Source: Octopus sinensis
Lineage: Eukaryota
Assembly (NCBI RefSeq): GCF_006345805.1
Contig: NC_043006.1
Coordinates: forward strand, 102,982,001 to 103,046,000
Length of the DNA stretch: 64,000 bases
Direction: 5' to 3'
Below, piece after piece: positions 38,881 to 50,751 of this stretch (positions are counted from its first letter, which is position 1; every line of letters begins with the position of its first letter). Below the pieces are notes generated by a model. The model saw only the letters and a list, made by a program, of their open reading frames with translations. It was not told the origin of the DNA and did no database searches. Position numbers and translations under genes: made by a program.

Positions 38881-39200
38881 AGAAGGTTGTGAAACGGCCG
38901 TAACCCAATGGAAGTCACGTGGTTAAATAAATAAATATTCACTTCTCATACCTCTTCATTTTATTATATATCATATATATGTACAAATGTACTATAAACT
39001 TATAAAAATATAATTAATAAAAACTTCATCTTCTAAACTCATATATCTCTTTGTATGTCTAGACATGATTTAATAGCCTGCTATATTCATAGATCATCAA
39101 GCACAGGCACGCAACCTCCCCACACATACACACACATATTTGAGTATATATATATATGCATATTGCATACACTCACATAGATGCACACACACACGCACAT

Positions 39201-39233
<33 letters not shown>

Positions 39234-39517
39234 CACATATATATATACATATATATATATGCACACACACGTACATAATTTATTCCTATTGAAGACAAAT
39301 TCACTAAACGAGTAAGCTAGCGAATGATTTTTATTATTGCTTTTCTTTAAAATACTTTTAGAAACATTATTTATCTTTTCGAAAAAGAGAAGAAGGTATT
39401 TAATCTAGAATGCCAACTGAACATTGTTCTCTTTTGTTCTATGAATGTTTTAATACTTAATATATTCGATTCTACCTGGAAATTTATGTTTGCCTGGCTG
39501 TTTATTTCTTCCTGTAT

Positions 39518-39686
39518 AATGGTTTCACATCTTGACACAAGGCCAGCAATTTGGAGGGCGGGGTGATGGATGGGGTAAATCGATTACATCGAACACAGTG
39601 ATACCCTGGTACTTATTTTATCGAAATGATGAAAGGCGAGGTCGACCTTTTTCCCGAGCGCGAACAATTCCGCCAGCTTACCGCCT
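39518..39686 (-). mobile_element. SINE family A, internally deleted
   Basis: gacacaaggccagc..ctggtacttattttatcga..tgaaaggcgaggtcgac..gccagcttaccgcctt. Confidence 0.8.
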
Positions 39687-40582
39687 TTCTTTCTATATAT
39701 TAATATAAAGAAAGTGGATGAGGTGTCGTTCATTAATTTTCGACTGGAAATGAAACAAAGTTGATTTCCTTATTGTTGTTCTATTTTATCCCGAAATTAG
39801 CTTCGATCGAGAAGTCTGATCAAAGGCGTTCCCGATCTGACTATCCCATCTTTTCTTTCGTATTGTGTAGCAAAGACGACGTGATCCAAAATGTATGTCT
39901 AATTTTTAAAGATGATAATTATTATTTGAGATATATTATTCCCTATAATACCTGCATGTATAAGCATATAGAGTGATGTGGTGTTACTCCTACAGCTAGA
40001 AACGAAGTCGTGTTCATAGGGTTCGTATTCCAGGGTGTCTCTTTATTTAAAATTTATTTAAAATTCTCATCATATAATGAAGCTAGCAAAAAAAAAAATA
40101 ATGAAGGTTTATTGATTTCCTTAATGCGAGCATTAAGCATTATTGAGGATAAAGTCATATTCTTGAATGGTGTCAAAGGCTTTAATTACAGAAAATTCCT
40201 CAGAAAGGAATTACGTGAAATGGACGAGCGTATATCATTTCCACATCGAAGCTGCGATAAGCAAATATCAATTTCTTAAGAAGGTGACAACCGTCAAAGC
40301 AGTAGAGTTATTGCGTCTCTGAAAATAATTCACTTATTACATGTAGTGATGGAACACATCATTCAGAGTAGGGACATAAAGCTACTCTTGCTTCCAGAAG
40401 TTGACCACCACAACATCAAATTCCATCTGAAATTTTGTGTTCGTTTCCTATTTTTAAAGATTTACAACATGAATTTACGAGGGCTGCTGAGAACATCCTG
40501 GTTTTAAGGTGACGCAAAAGGCCTAGTTGAAGGCCCAAACTTTACAGGGTTTAGAAAAACTGCAATAAGTGTGAGAATAATT

Positions 40583-40773
40583 AATAATTATGTTTGTAGT
40601 ACTAAGTAATAGTATTCATTATACTAAAGTGTTTATCGAGTAATGTAATTTTTACTTACTTTTGGATAATTGGTGGATTGACTGAAATGCCTACCAATTA
40701 GTAAAAATTGCATTCATTGATAAACACTTTATTATGATAAATACAATTATTTAGTACTACAAACATAATTATT
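40583..40773. repeat. AT-rich inverted repeat, MITE-like
   Basis: aataattatgtttgtagtactaa..aagtgtttatc..aatttttact pairs with agtaaaaatt..gataaacactt..ttagtactacaaacataattatt. Confidence 0.8.
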
Positions 40774-40852
40774 ATTAATAATAATAACTATTACTTTAAC
40801 TCTTTATTGTATCTTTACTCCTTCCTTGACCTATCCTATTTGCGTAAACAGC

Positions 40853-40922
<70 letters not shown>

Positions 40923-40924
<2 letters not shown>

Positions 40925-41239
40925 TTCAGTAGTTTTATTTTTATAGCGTGCTTTCACTTCACTACCGAGCGCAGCTGTCTGTGCCTTATGTATGTGCTGT
41001 GATTTGTTGTGATGCTCTGATGGTTATTGTATGGAAAGTGTTCTGCGTAGGATGTGTGCAGTGCCTAGTAGTGCAATTTTCTGTATGTTATATGTGTTTG
41101 TAAGTCCTGGTGTTTTTGTTATGTATTTGTCTGAATATCTTTTTATCATGCCTAATGCACCTGCTATGATAGGAATTGTTTCTGTTTTTAGATTCCACAT
41201 TCTCGTTACCTCTATTTGCAGGTCTTTGTATTTTGGTTA

Positions 41240-41240
<1 letters not shown>
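40923..41240 (-). mobile_element. R4/Dong-type non-LTR 3' fragment in (TAA)n
   Basis: LQIEVTRMWNLKTETIPIIAGALGMIKRYSDKYITKTPGLTNIYNIQKIALLGTAHILRRTL*. (TAT)n on both sides. Confidence 0.85.
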
Positions 41241-41304
<64 letters not shown>

Positions 41305-41493
41305 GAGTGAGAGAGCAGTGCATGCCATCAAAGTGACACTGGGGTAAAATATACGAAGCCCAATATACCCATTTTGCAGAATATTTGCTGTAGCCCATCT
41401 TTTATACCAAGACAAAACAATGTACATGATAACACTTCCAATCAGTTAAGATCAGAAGCCATGAGAGCCACTGCCTGGTACTGCATCAGGGCA
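41305..41493 (-). mobile_element. (TAA)n-embedded non-coding repeat; longer copy at 55038-55320 on +
   Basis: atgccctgatgcagtaccag.cagtggctctcatggcttctgatcttaactgattggaagtgttatc is shared between copies. Confidence 0.8.
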
Positions 41494-41692
<199 letters not shown>

Positions 41693-41861
41693 TTTATTCA
41701 ACCTATATAGAACTATCCAATCAAATACCCATTTATATGTTTAGTCATTTACTTAACGTCTCAGGGAGATACGCATATAAAATGACTTGATTCTCACCAT
41801 ATTCGACCTTTCCTTTTTCTTTTCTTGTCTCTCCTTTTTATTTATTTATTTATTTATTTTC

Positions 41862-41975
41862 CACTCTGATGAAGCTCCATGATTCAAATCGGTTTGATTA
41901 CCAAATATAATGTATATTCATAGCATAACAATGGTGATACCAAAGACCATTAGCAGCAGAAACAGCTGGAAGATA
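41862..41975 (+). ncRNA. Degenerate hammerhead motif with long stem II insert
   Basis: CTGATGA-A-GCT..~80 nt..AGC-A-GAAACAGCTG-G: U16.1 is mutated. Confidence 0.35.
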
Positions 41976-42245
41976 GGATGCAGTTTTTCCTTTTGTAAAT
42001 AATTAATAAATAAATAATATTGTTCATCAATATTATCTCAGTTTTCTGCATTCTTTAAATTTTGATTCCTGATAAGCTCCTTTTTATCTGTGTCTTTACC
42101 TATATATTATGAGCATAATATGTTTGCCCATGTTTAATTATAGGTAATTTACTGGTAGTATAATGAATACTTTTATCCCTTAGACGGTTATTCTAAACTC
42201 TAACTCAGCTAAACTATATATGCATATAAATTTATCAATCAATCA

Positions 42246-42343
<98 letters not shown>

Positions 42344-42971
42344 ATGTCTATACTATTTTACACGCTTCAGGCATCTGACTGCAGCCATGCTGGAATACAG
42401 CCTTTAGTCGAAGAGTCTACCACAGGACTTATTCTTTGTAAGCCTAGTACTTATTCTATCGGTTTCTTTTGCCGAACCACTAAGTTTCGGGGACCTAAAC
42501 ACCCCACCATCGGTTGTCAAGCGATAGTGGGGTGGGTAGACAAAACTAGACTCAAAGAAACACATAAATAAATAAATAAGTAAAAAATAAATAAATATAT
42601 ATGTGTGTATATGTATATATATATATATGGTGTGTGTGTGTGTATGTGTGTTGTGTGTGTGTTTGATATTTTGTCTTTAAATCGATATCAACGTGACTTT
42701 CGTAATAGAGAATTGGGAAACACATCCCTACCCCTACCAAATAAAGAAAAATACCAAAGAAGCAAAAAAACAAGAAAAAAAAAACAGAAACCCTCCCAAA
42801 ATATAATCCTGATTTAAATGCGCACCCGTTACGATTGTAAATATATGATTGCTATCTAAAGTGTCACTATAGAACTAAACTCTGCTTTCTTGTTATCAAA
42901 AATAGAAAAAAATTATTATTTGTTTGACTATTAATTTGTTTTTTTATATTCGTTTATGATTTTTAGCTTTT

Positions 42972-43005
<34 letters not shown>

Positions 43006-43009
43006 GTAT

Positions 43010-43069
<60 letters not shown>

Positions 43070-43428
43070 ATTACTATCGTTTCTTTTTTTCATATATGTA
43101 ATGGTGTAGATCTGAGATTGGTTTTCTTATCACTGCAGAGACAGCATTTCTTCACTTTCTCTTATCAATAATGGCTGTCTTAACTGTCCAATAACAACCG
43201 AGTTAGTTGTAATAGCGTTAGTATTTGTTGTTGTCATTGCGACTACTTTTCATCGTTCCTGCTGCTTCTGTCGTTGCTTTTGTTGTTGTTATTGTCATTA
43301 TTGCTATCTGTGATTGTTTTCATCATTGTTTATTATTGTCATTGTTGCTAAGGTGGTAGATAACAGTATCAGTACCGTTCCTACAAAAACTGTATACATA
43401 CATACATACATACATACATACATGCATG

Positions 43429-43459
<31 letters not shown>

Positions 43460-43460
<1 letters not shown>

Positions 43461-43627
43461 ACAATGCGAGGACGTGGAACAAGTATAGTGTTATTGGACG
43501 CTCAGGAAAGGAACGAAAGGAGGAGGATTCAACGTTTCGAGAGAAGCTCTTCGTCAGAAACATAGGAAAAAGAAAGATCCAAGGAAGGGAAGACGGAGGA
43601 AAAAATCGCCAACGATACATACGCGGT
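43460..43627 (-). mobile_element. Family H1, copy 4 (best-preserved hammerhead, 43527-43561)
   Basis: Reverse complement gttt-ctgacga-a-gag-cttct-ctc-gaaacgt-t-gaat; stem I closes with G-U wobbles. Confidence 0.8.
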
Positions 43628-43630
43628 ATG

Positions 43631-43670
<40 letters not shown>

Positions 43671-43789
43671 ATACTTTCTAATTTTGGTTCAAATTTAAAT
43701 TGTGTAACTCTTTTCATTTTGTGATGTAACCTGATCGTTGTAGAGAAGTGTATTTGAGATAACTATAGCTGGATATTGAGATAACGTAG

Positions 43790-44350
43790 AAAATACGTAG
43801 GTGGAAATAACGTTTATTTGACATGTGTAATTGATTTGATTGTTCTGGAAGGCGGCGAGCTGGCAGAATCGTTAACATGCCGGGCAAAGTGCTTGAGCGG
43901 TATTTCGCCTGTTCAAATGCCACCGGGGGTCAACTTTACCTTTCATCCTTTCGGTGTCGATAAATTAAGTACCAGTGAGACACTGGTGTCGATGTAACCG
44001 ACTGGTCTCCTCCACCGAAAATTTCAGTCCTTGTACCTATAGTAGAAAGGATTTGATCGTTCTGTTCTTAATATCAGTTGGTAAGAATAGAAGTCATTTG
44101 ACGACACCCTTTTGTTTGTAATTGACTCTCCTGTTGCAGGTTCAATCTGATGAATATTGAATTCATACCCATCTTGTCCATTCCACAGAATATAATTATG
44201 CTGGAGAGCATCATAAGAGGGATGAGTCTGTGAAACACGTTTAAGGTTGTAAAATCTTGAGCACGAATGAGAATATCATGATTTTCAAAGGGACCACCAA
44301 CAATAAGTATGGCTACTTCATTAGATGTGGGCTCATTAAAACAGCGTAAA
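43790..44350 (-). mobile_element. Helitron RepHel coding fragment split by a SINE
   Basis: FNEPTSNEVAILIVGGPFENHDILIRAQD / LKRVSQTHPSYDALQH..NGQDGYE / KRVSSNDFYSYQLILR. Confidence 0.8.
43847..44049 (+). mobile_element. SINE family A with TSD
   Basis: aaggcggcgagctggcagaatcg head; flanks gatttgattgttctg and gatttgatcgttctg. Confidence 0.9.
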
Positions 44351-45580
44351 ATGTTCTTTACTATAGTTTACCAGAGACGTCACGAACGCAGACCCCCCCC
44401 CATAATATTGAAAACACCAAAACGTACACACATGGAGTTCAAGCGAAACGAAATGTAGTCAATATAGGTGCAAACATACTTTCTGTAACATAGTTATGCT
44501 ATAAAACAATGGTAAGTCACCAATTTAGCAGAAATAATTTAGTAAGAAAGTACAAAAAGTCAACATTTATTTGGAACATGTACTAAATGTTATAAAATTC
44601 ACGATTGAACGTCACTGTGAAGAAGGTGAAAGTCCAAGAAAAGTCAGAAAATATTATTAAATTTTTCATAGAAAAATAATATATTTTACAATACTGAAAC
44701 GAACACTGAATCGAGTGTATAAAAAAGAAGATGCTGTTTTTGAACTGTGTAAGATTATAGGTTGTAGATTAAATATTGAGTAATGCAGTAAAAAGTTTGT
44801 GCGACGTTGATGAAGAATACAAGGACGGTTAAAAAACATTATCTTGAAACTGGTTAGAAAGAGTGGAATAACATTTCTTTAATTATATTGAAAGAGCCGC
44901 TGAGGCTTTCTACTTTGCCAAGTTTCCGAATTTGTTTTAATAACCAGAACAATATTTTGTTTCAGATATATTTGTGAGTATTGTGAGTGGTGTTAAGTCA
45001 GCCAAATATTCATGTTGTTAGTACTTGAAAGTGAACGTGTTTGTTTGTTTGAGATCCAGGCTTCAAGTAAACTTTCGATATCAGCGAGTTTCACTGTTGG
45101 GGGTGGGAGGGAGTTACATACATAAACTAAGAGAGAGAGACACACACACGTACATTAACGCAGACGTGAAGCCTATCTCTCTCCCTGTGTCCGTCTCTTT
45201 GTAGACGTGTGTGTGTGTATGAGTCGTCACAATAATGTATGTATACTGACAGACACATACACCGTCACGCACATATACTTGTCAGTCATCGGCCTAACGT
45301 AGGTAACGAACAAATGTGCGAACACACTCATATAGAAAATGTGACGTCATTGTCATTATGGTGGTGATATAAAATGTCATTTACGACAGGTGACTAAAAG
45401 AAAAATTATAATGTTGAATATTTGTAAATGCAAATATGTGAATGAAAATATAGTTTAGTTGGTAGCCAAAAGCTTACCGAATCTTTTGATACCCCTTATG
45501 TCTAAATCTGCAACTCGGTTTTGTAATGCATAAGGAACATACGCGCGCACACACATATACAAACTCTCTTTTATAGTTAT

Positions 45581-45632
<52 letters not shown>

Positions 45633-46109
45633 TATAAGAGATAATGATGTCATTGAGACCCAAAGGTGTCAGTAATGCTGAATAAGTGCTATAGACAGAC
45701 CATAGTTAAGTTCCAGATTCGGTAATATTGCGTATAAAGTATTCAACGTGGTTCTATGTCAGCGTGTGTATATAAGAATTTTTTGCGTGATAAGATAAAA
45801 ACTCTGCAACAGTTTAAATAGATTCTCTACTGGGAATAACCAAGCTTAAAAATCTACTGGATCTCACTCCTAAGGGAATCTTACATTGCTTATAAACTCT
45901 ATATTTGGAGGGACTCATTTTAAACTCTGTTGGACTTTTGGAGTTTACTCATAGGATATTGGAATAGTGCATGTATACCATTATGCCTATAAAACGGATT
46001 TACAACTTCAATACCCATACATATCTTGCATCTATTTTCATTCCTCCACCTCACTCTCTATTTTGTATTACATCGAAACTAACTATGACTTAATTTTCCT
46101 CTCACACCA

Positions 46110-46159
46110 TCTCCGATGAAGGCATATTATCAATTAATATCCTAGAAACAGCCGTAAGA
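46110..46159 (+). ncRNA. Type I hammerhead motif within a probable Penelope-like end (~45640-46225)
   Basis: TCT-CCGATGA-AGG-catatt..aatat-CCT-A-GAAACAGCCGT-A-AGA. Confidence 0.55.
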
Positions 46160-46230
46160 CCCCCTATCTATAAATGCTCTAATATCTATACAGCCTTGGG
46201 ATTTTATCTTATTACGCAAAAATTTCTTAT

Positions 46231-46281
<51 letters not shown>

Positions 46282-46284
<3 letters not shown>

Positions 46285-46656
46285 ATGGAAGCACTCCGTC
46301 GGTTACGACGACGAGGGTCCGGTTGATCCTATCACACGGAACAACCTGCTCGTGAAATTAACGTGTAAGTGGCTGAGCACTCCACAGACACGTGTACCCT
46401 TAACGTAGTTCTCGGGGATATTCAGCGTGACACAGAGAGTGACAAGGCCGGCCCTTTGAAATACAGGTACAACAGAAACAGGAAGTAAGAGCAGAGAAAG
46501 TTGTGGTGAAAGAGTACAGCAGGGATCACCACCATCCCCTCGTGGGCTTTAGGTGTTTTCGCTCAATAAACACTCACAACGCCCGGTCTGGGAATCGAAA
46601 CCGCGATCCTATGACCGCGAGTCCGCTGCCTAACCACTGGGCCATTGCGCCTCCAC
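46282..46656 (-). mobile_element. Near full-length SINE family C
   Basis: Reverse complement of 28256-28639. Confidence 0.9.
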
Positions 46657-46692
46657 TATATATATATAATATATATATTATATATATATATC

Positions 46693-46800
<108 letters not shown>

Positions 46801-46823
46801 TATATCTATATATATATATATAC

Positions 46824-46857
<34 letters not shown>

Positions 46858-47334
46858 GCATGCGCGCGCAGACACACATTGTATATGGATAGTTAGATAG
46901 ATGGATACATAGGTACATAGATAGACATTTAATTCATTGACTAGAAACAGAAAGCTCCATTTTGGCGTCACTCTAATTTTAACTTTCCAATGCAACATTG
47001 CAAAACTCCTCCAGCCAATCGCTCACCGTTTCTCAGCATGCCATAAAACTCCTCGATAAACGTACCTGTGCTGCATGCAAAGTTTATCAGCATACACACA
47101 ATATATTGCTAATATAAGCAACAGCAATAACAATAGCAGCAGCATCGATAGCAACAACGACAGAAATTCAAATGCTGCAAATCTTTGCAACTCTGCTGAT
47201 CTTAATAACCCTCCGCTTGATGGTAATTGATTGGTGAAATCCGTGGTTTATTGCGTTAAACGATATTTAGAGCAGTAAGTTTCCAACCAAATCTCACTAT
47301 GAAACAACAAAACACGAAATCTATCATGCCTTTA

Positions 47335-47429
<95 letters not shown>

Positions 47430-47478
47430 ATAGCTATCTATCTATCTATCTGTCTATCTATCTATCTATCCACCTGTC

Positions 47479-49230
47479 GGACGACGTCACCGTCATAGTG
47501 TCAAGCCACGAGCACATCGAGCGGGTCGGCGAGACACTGAAAGACTACGAAGCGGTGACAGGAGCAAAAATCAACCGGGAAAAGTCAGTGGGGTTGCGGC
47601 TCGGCACCTGGAGAAGCAAGCCCATGCCGTCCACCAGTACCTTCGTCGTGGGACGCTGGACAGACGGCCCGGTTGAGTTGCTCGGGGTCTGGTTCGGTCC
47701 GGGACCTCCAAATGGAGAAGAACTGGAACGAGATAACGAGTAGGGTGGTCACTCTCGCCCAGCAATGGGCCGAGAGGAAACTGTCCCTAAAAGGTCGGGC
47801 GGCGGTGGTGGTGAACGCGTACATCGCGTCCATCATCTACTACCGCCTGACCGTCGTACTTGTCCCGACCCTACCATCACCAAACTAGAATGCATTCCTC
47901 TTCCGCTTCTTGTGAAAAGGATGCGTCCCGATGGTCAGGCGATCCATTTGCTGTCAACACCCGTTAAAAGGAGGGCTGGGCATGCCGTGGTTGATGATGC
48001 GCAGACACGCGCTGAGACTGCGACATCTCCGGCTCTGTAGACGAGACGGTGAACAGGTGTGGTCGCCGTTTGTGAGGCACGCATTCCCGCAACTCGTCTC
48101 CATGACCGAACTACAGTCGTGGATCAAAAAGAGGCCGAAGAAGGGCGAATGGCACCGCGAGTGTCGCGTTGCTCTCAAGCAACTCTGTCGTCCCGGGTCG
48201 ACCTTGAGTGATTCAACACCAACCAAGCATTCTATAGGGGATTAGTGGAGGGGAGGTACGACGACGAGCTCGGGGAAAACCTGGGCGTCGACGAGGAATA
48301 CCCGACCCGCCTGTTTCAAACGACTTTCGGCCCGGGACCTATGGACAAGTTCCAGAGATCCCTGGCCTGGAGGTGCTACCGAGAAGCGCTACCCGTTCGG
48401 GATAAGCTCTATAGGCATGGCTCGAGAAACACGGGGCCGACCTGCCCGAGATACGGGCAGAGCGACGAAACCGCTCTGCACGCAATCGTGCAGTGTCCAG
48501 CAATTTCCCACCTGTGGACATATGTCGAACGACTGCTGTCACGTGTGGGACGTGTCGGTTTATCAGCCGAGTCTATCGTTAATATCGTCACGCCTCCTTC
48601 CTTCAAACGGGAAGGAAGAGCTATTTTTATCATACTTGTGGCTATGGCGAAAGAATGTATCTGGTGGACGCGTCTGAAAGGATTAGAGACAAACACTTTC
48701 CTCTCTGGTCAATCTCTCATCAACTTCTTCAAGTATCACTTGAAGAAAAAAGTGAGAGTAGAGAGGCAAGTTTTGTCTAGTGAATGTTTTAAAAAATGAT
48801 GGTGAATGTAGCAGGATGGCACGTATGAATGACGAGGCCACCTTGACTATGATTCTATGAACCGTAAAAATTAATACAGAGAGTTGCTTATTTGCAAAAA
48901 AAAAAAAGAAAAAGAAATATAACATGTGACTTCATTGACCGAGGTTACCGTGGTCTTTTCCGTAGGCTTTTCTTTCCACGGGTAAACCTCACCTGTCCTC
49001 CCCTTTACACTTCATATTGACATTTCTGTGATAACGATCCCTATTGATCAATTTTTTTCCTCTCCCCCTTTTTTTTTAACCCCTCCTTTTTTTGTCCTCT
49101 TTCTCTCCTTTTACGATCCCTTTTGATCGAAACTCCCCCCTCCCTTTTTTTTTTTAACCCTTCAAAAGAAAAGCTCTACCTTGTAATTTGTTCTATCTGT
49201 GTGCAGCCCTGTGTGGCTAATAAAGAAACA
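47479..49230 (+). mobile_element. 5'-truncated L1/Tx1-like LINE (RT C-half, zinc finger, 3' UTR)
   Basis: Starts at DDVTV; GAKINREKS, LLGVWFG, LSLKGRA, PLKGGLG, ALPVRDKL, CPRYGQSDETALHAIVQCP; frameshifts; AATAAA at 49219; perfect TSD tatctatccacctgtc at 47463-47478 and 49231-49246. Confidence 0.92.
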
Positions 49231-49241
49231 TATCTATCCAC

Positions 49242-49325
49242 CTGTCAGTCCGGTCGTCTGTCCATCCATGTGTCCGTCCGTCCATCCGTCCGTGTGTCCG
49301 TCTGTATGTCTTGTATGTCTGTCTG

Positions 49326-49384
<59 letters not shown>

Positions 49385-49466
49385 GTCAGTCCGGTCGTCT
49401 GTCCATCCATGTGTCCGTCCGTCCATCCGTCCGTGTGTCCGTCTGTATGTCTTGTCTCTCTGCCTG

Positions 49467-49520
<54 letters not shown>
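49242..49520. repeat. ~140-bp tandem duplication of a degenerate tetranucleotide tract
   Basis: ctgtcagtccggtcgtctgtccatccatgtgtccgtccg occurs at 49242 and 49383. Confidence 0.85.
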
Positions 49521-49546
<26 letters not shown>

Positions 49547-50751
49547 CCTATCTATCTATCTATCTTTCTATCTATCTATCAATCTTTCTATCTGTATATA
49601 TATTTATCTATATCACATATAATGAAAAGCAATGTGTTCCCCACTGCGGTCGCGGTGCTAGAAAGAAACAAAGAATAGCAAGCGGAGGGTTGGGGGTGAG
49701 AGTCAGAAATGCTAAACGCAATCAGAGATTGTAATAAGAGATTTGTCTTTGAAGTATTTTGTGCTTTAAACAAAATCGAAATTAAATTAAGTTTATCAAG
49801 TTCACACACACTTACACATATGCACATACACACACATATATACCCATATGAAATATTAAACGCCTTTGTTTCAAAATATCGCTTCACATAACGTTTATAT
49901 ATCATATGTATACGTGCACGCACGCACGCACACACGCACACACACACACACACATACACACACACATATATAAATGTAACATGCGAGGATCAATGTGTAG
50001 GAAGAGAGTGGACATCAAACAATACGTAAAAAAATATAAAAGAACAACTTTCAGGAACAATACTGGTTTATTGGGGCATAAGGTTGCGAAATACTCTCGT
50101 AGCGAAGTACAATAAGCTGAAAAAAACTGTTTTATATAATTACGGTAGGAAGCCAGGGTTGCCAGGTATGCGAATAAACATCCAGGAGTTAAGGAATGGA
50201 GTAGATAAAATCCGGTCTACACCCGTTTCATAGCGAGCGGAACCTCAGAGGTGGTAAATTCCCATGACAAGTGTTAGTGGGTTGATTTTCTTTTTCTGAA
50301 AACCCAAGCTTTTCCAGACTGACATTTGGATATTTCCTTACAAAACTAAATGCATTAATTATTATTGGTATAAATGCAAATTTGTAACCCGGATATAGAA
50401 TCTGGATCTTTCGATGCAGTTGTCCTTAGTTATCTTCCTTCTCTTTGATTCGCAAAGACATATTCACATCAGTGAGACAACTGGTCTCTGTGACCGTTCA
50501 TAATTTTCCTTGTGTGTCCCAAACAACAATATGTTGCTTGTTATGCATGTACGATTTTTCTTGGAATTTTAAGTTCTTCTTGAGAGAGTCCAAGTCGCTA
50601 ACAAAGCAACAAAACATCCATTTTTACATTCGCGTTTTACCCCACGTTTTGCATTTTGTTTGTATTGTCTTGTTTGTCTTTGAACTGTCCAGTCTATACC
50701 TGGCCCCTTGTAGACAATAAAGCAAAGATTTGTAATTTGGACGCTTCAAGT

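Larger units (their letters stand above)
36450..40280 (+). pseudogene. Decayed, apparently intronless TRPM-like channel pseudogene (MHR1/2 to C-terminal coiled coil)
   Basis: Colinear remnants: KSRSSSVKVIGIIP* (36662); LDSTLSY/ILLDGCKVGK (36845); SDSDII; WNVLNM; VKLL..PLPKYL..LYE; ILACSKLSKQMS (38110); ILLRQLTTW (38291); IFDWK*NKVDFLIVVLF (39736); AYRVMWCY; KFLRKELREMDERI. Interrupted by SINEs and microsatellites. Confidence 0.65.

Noticed and set aside
49242-49520. CRISPR-like or minisatellite array
   Set aside because: Only two units, no unique spacers, eukaryotic context.
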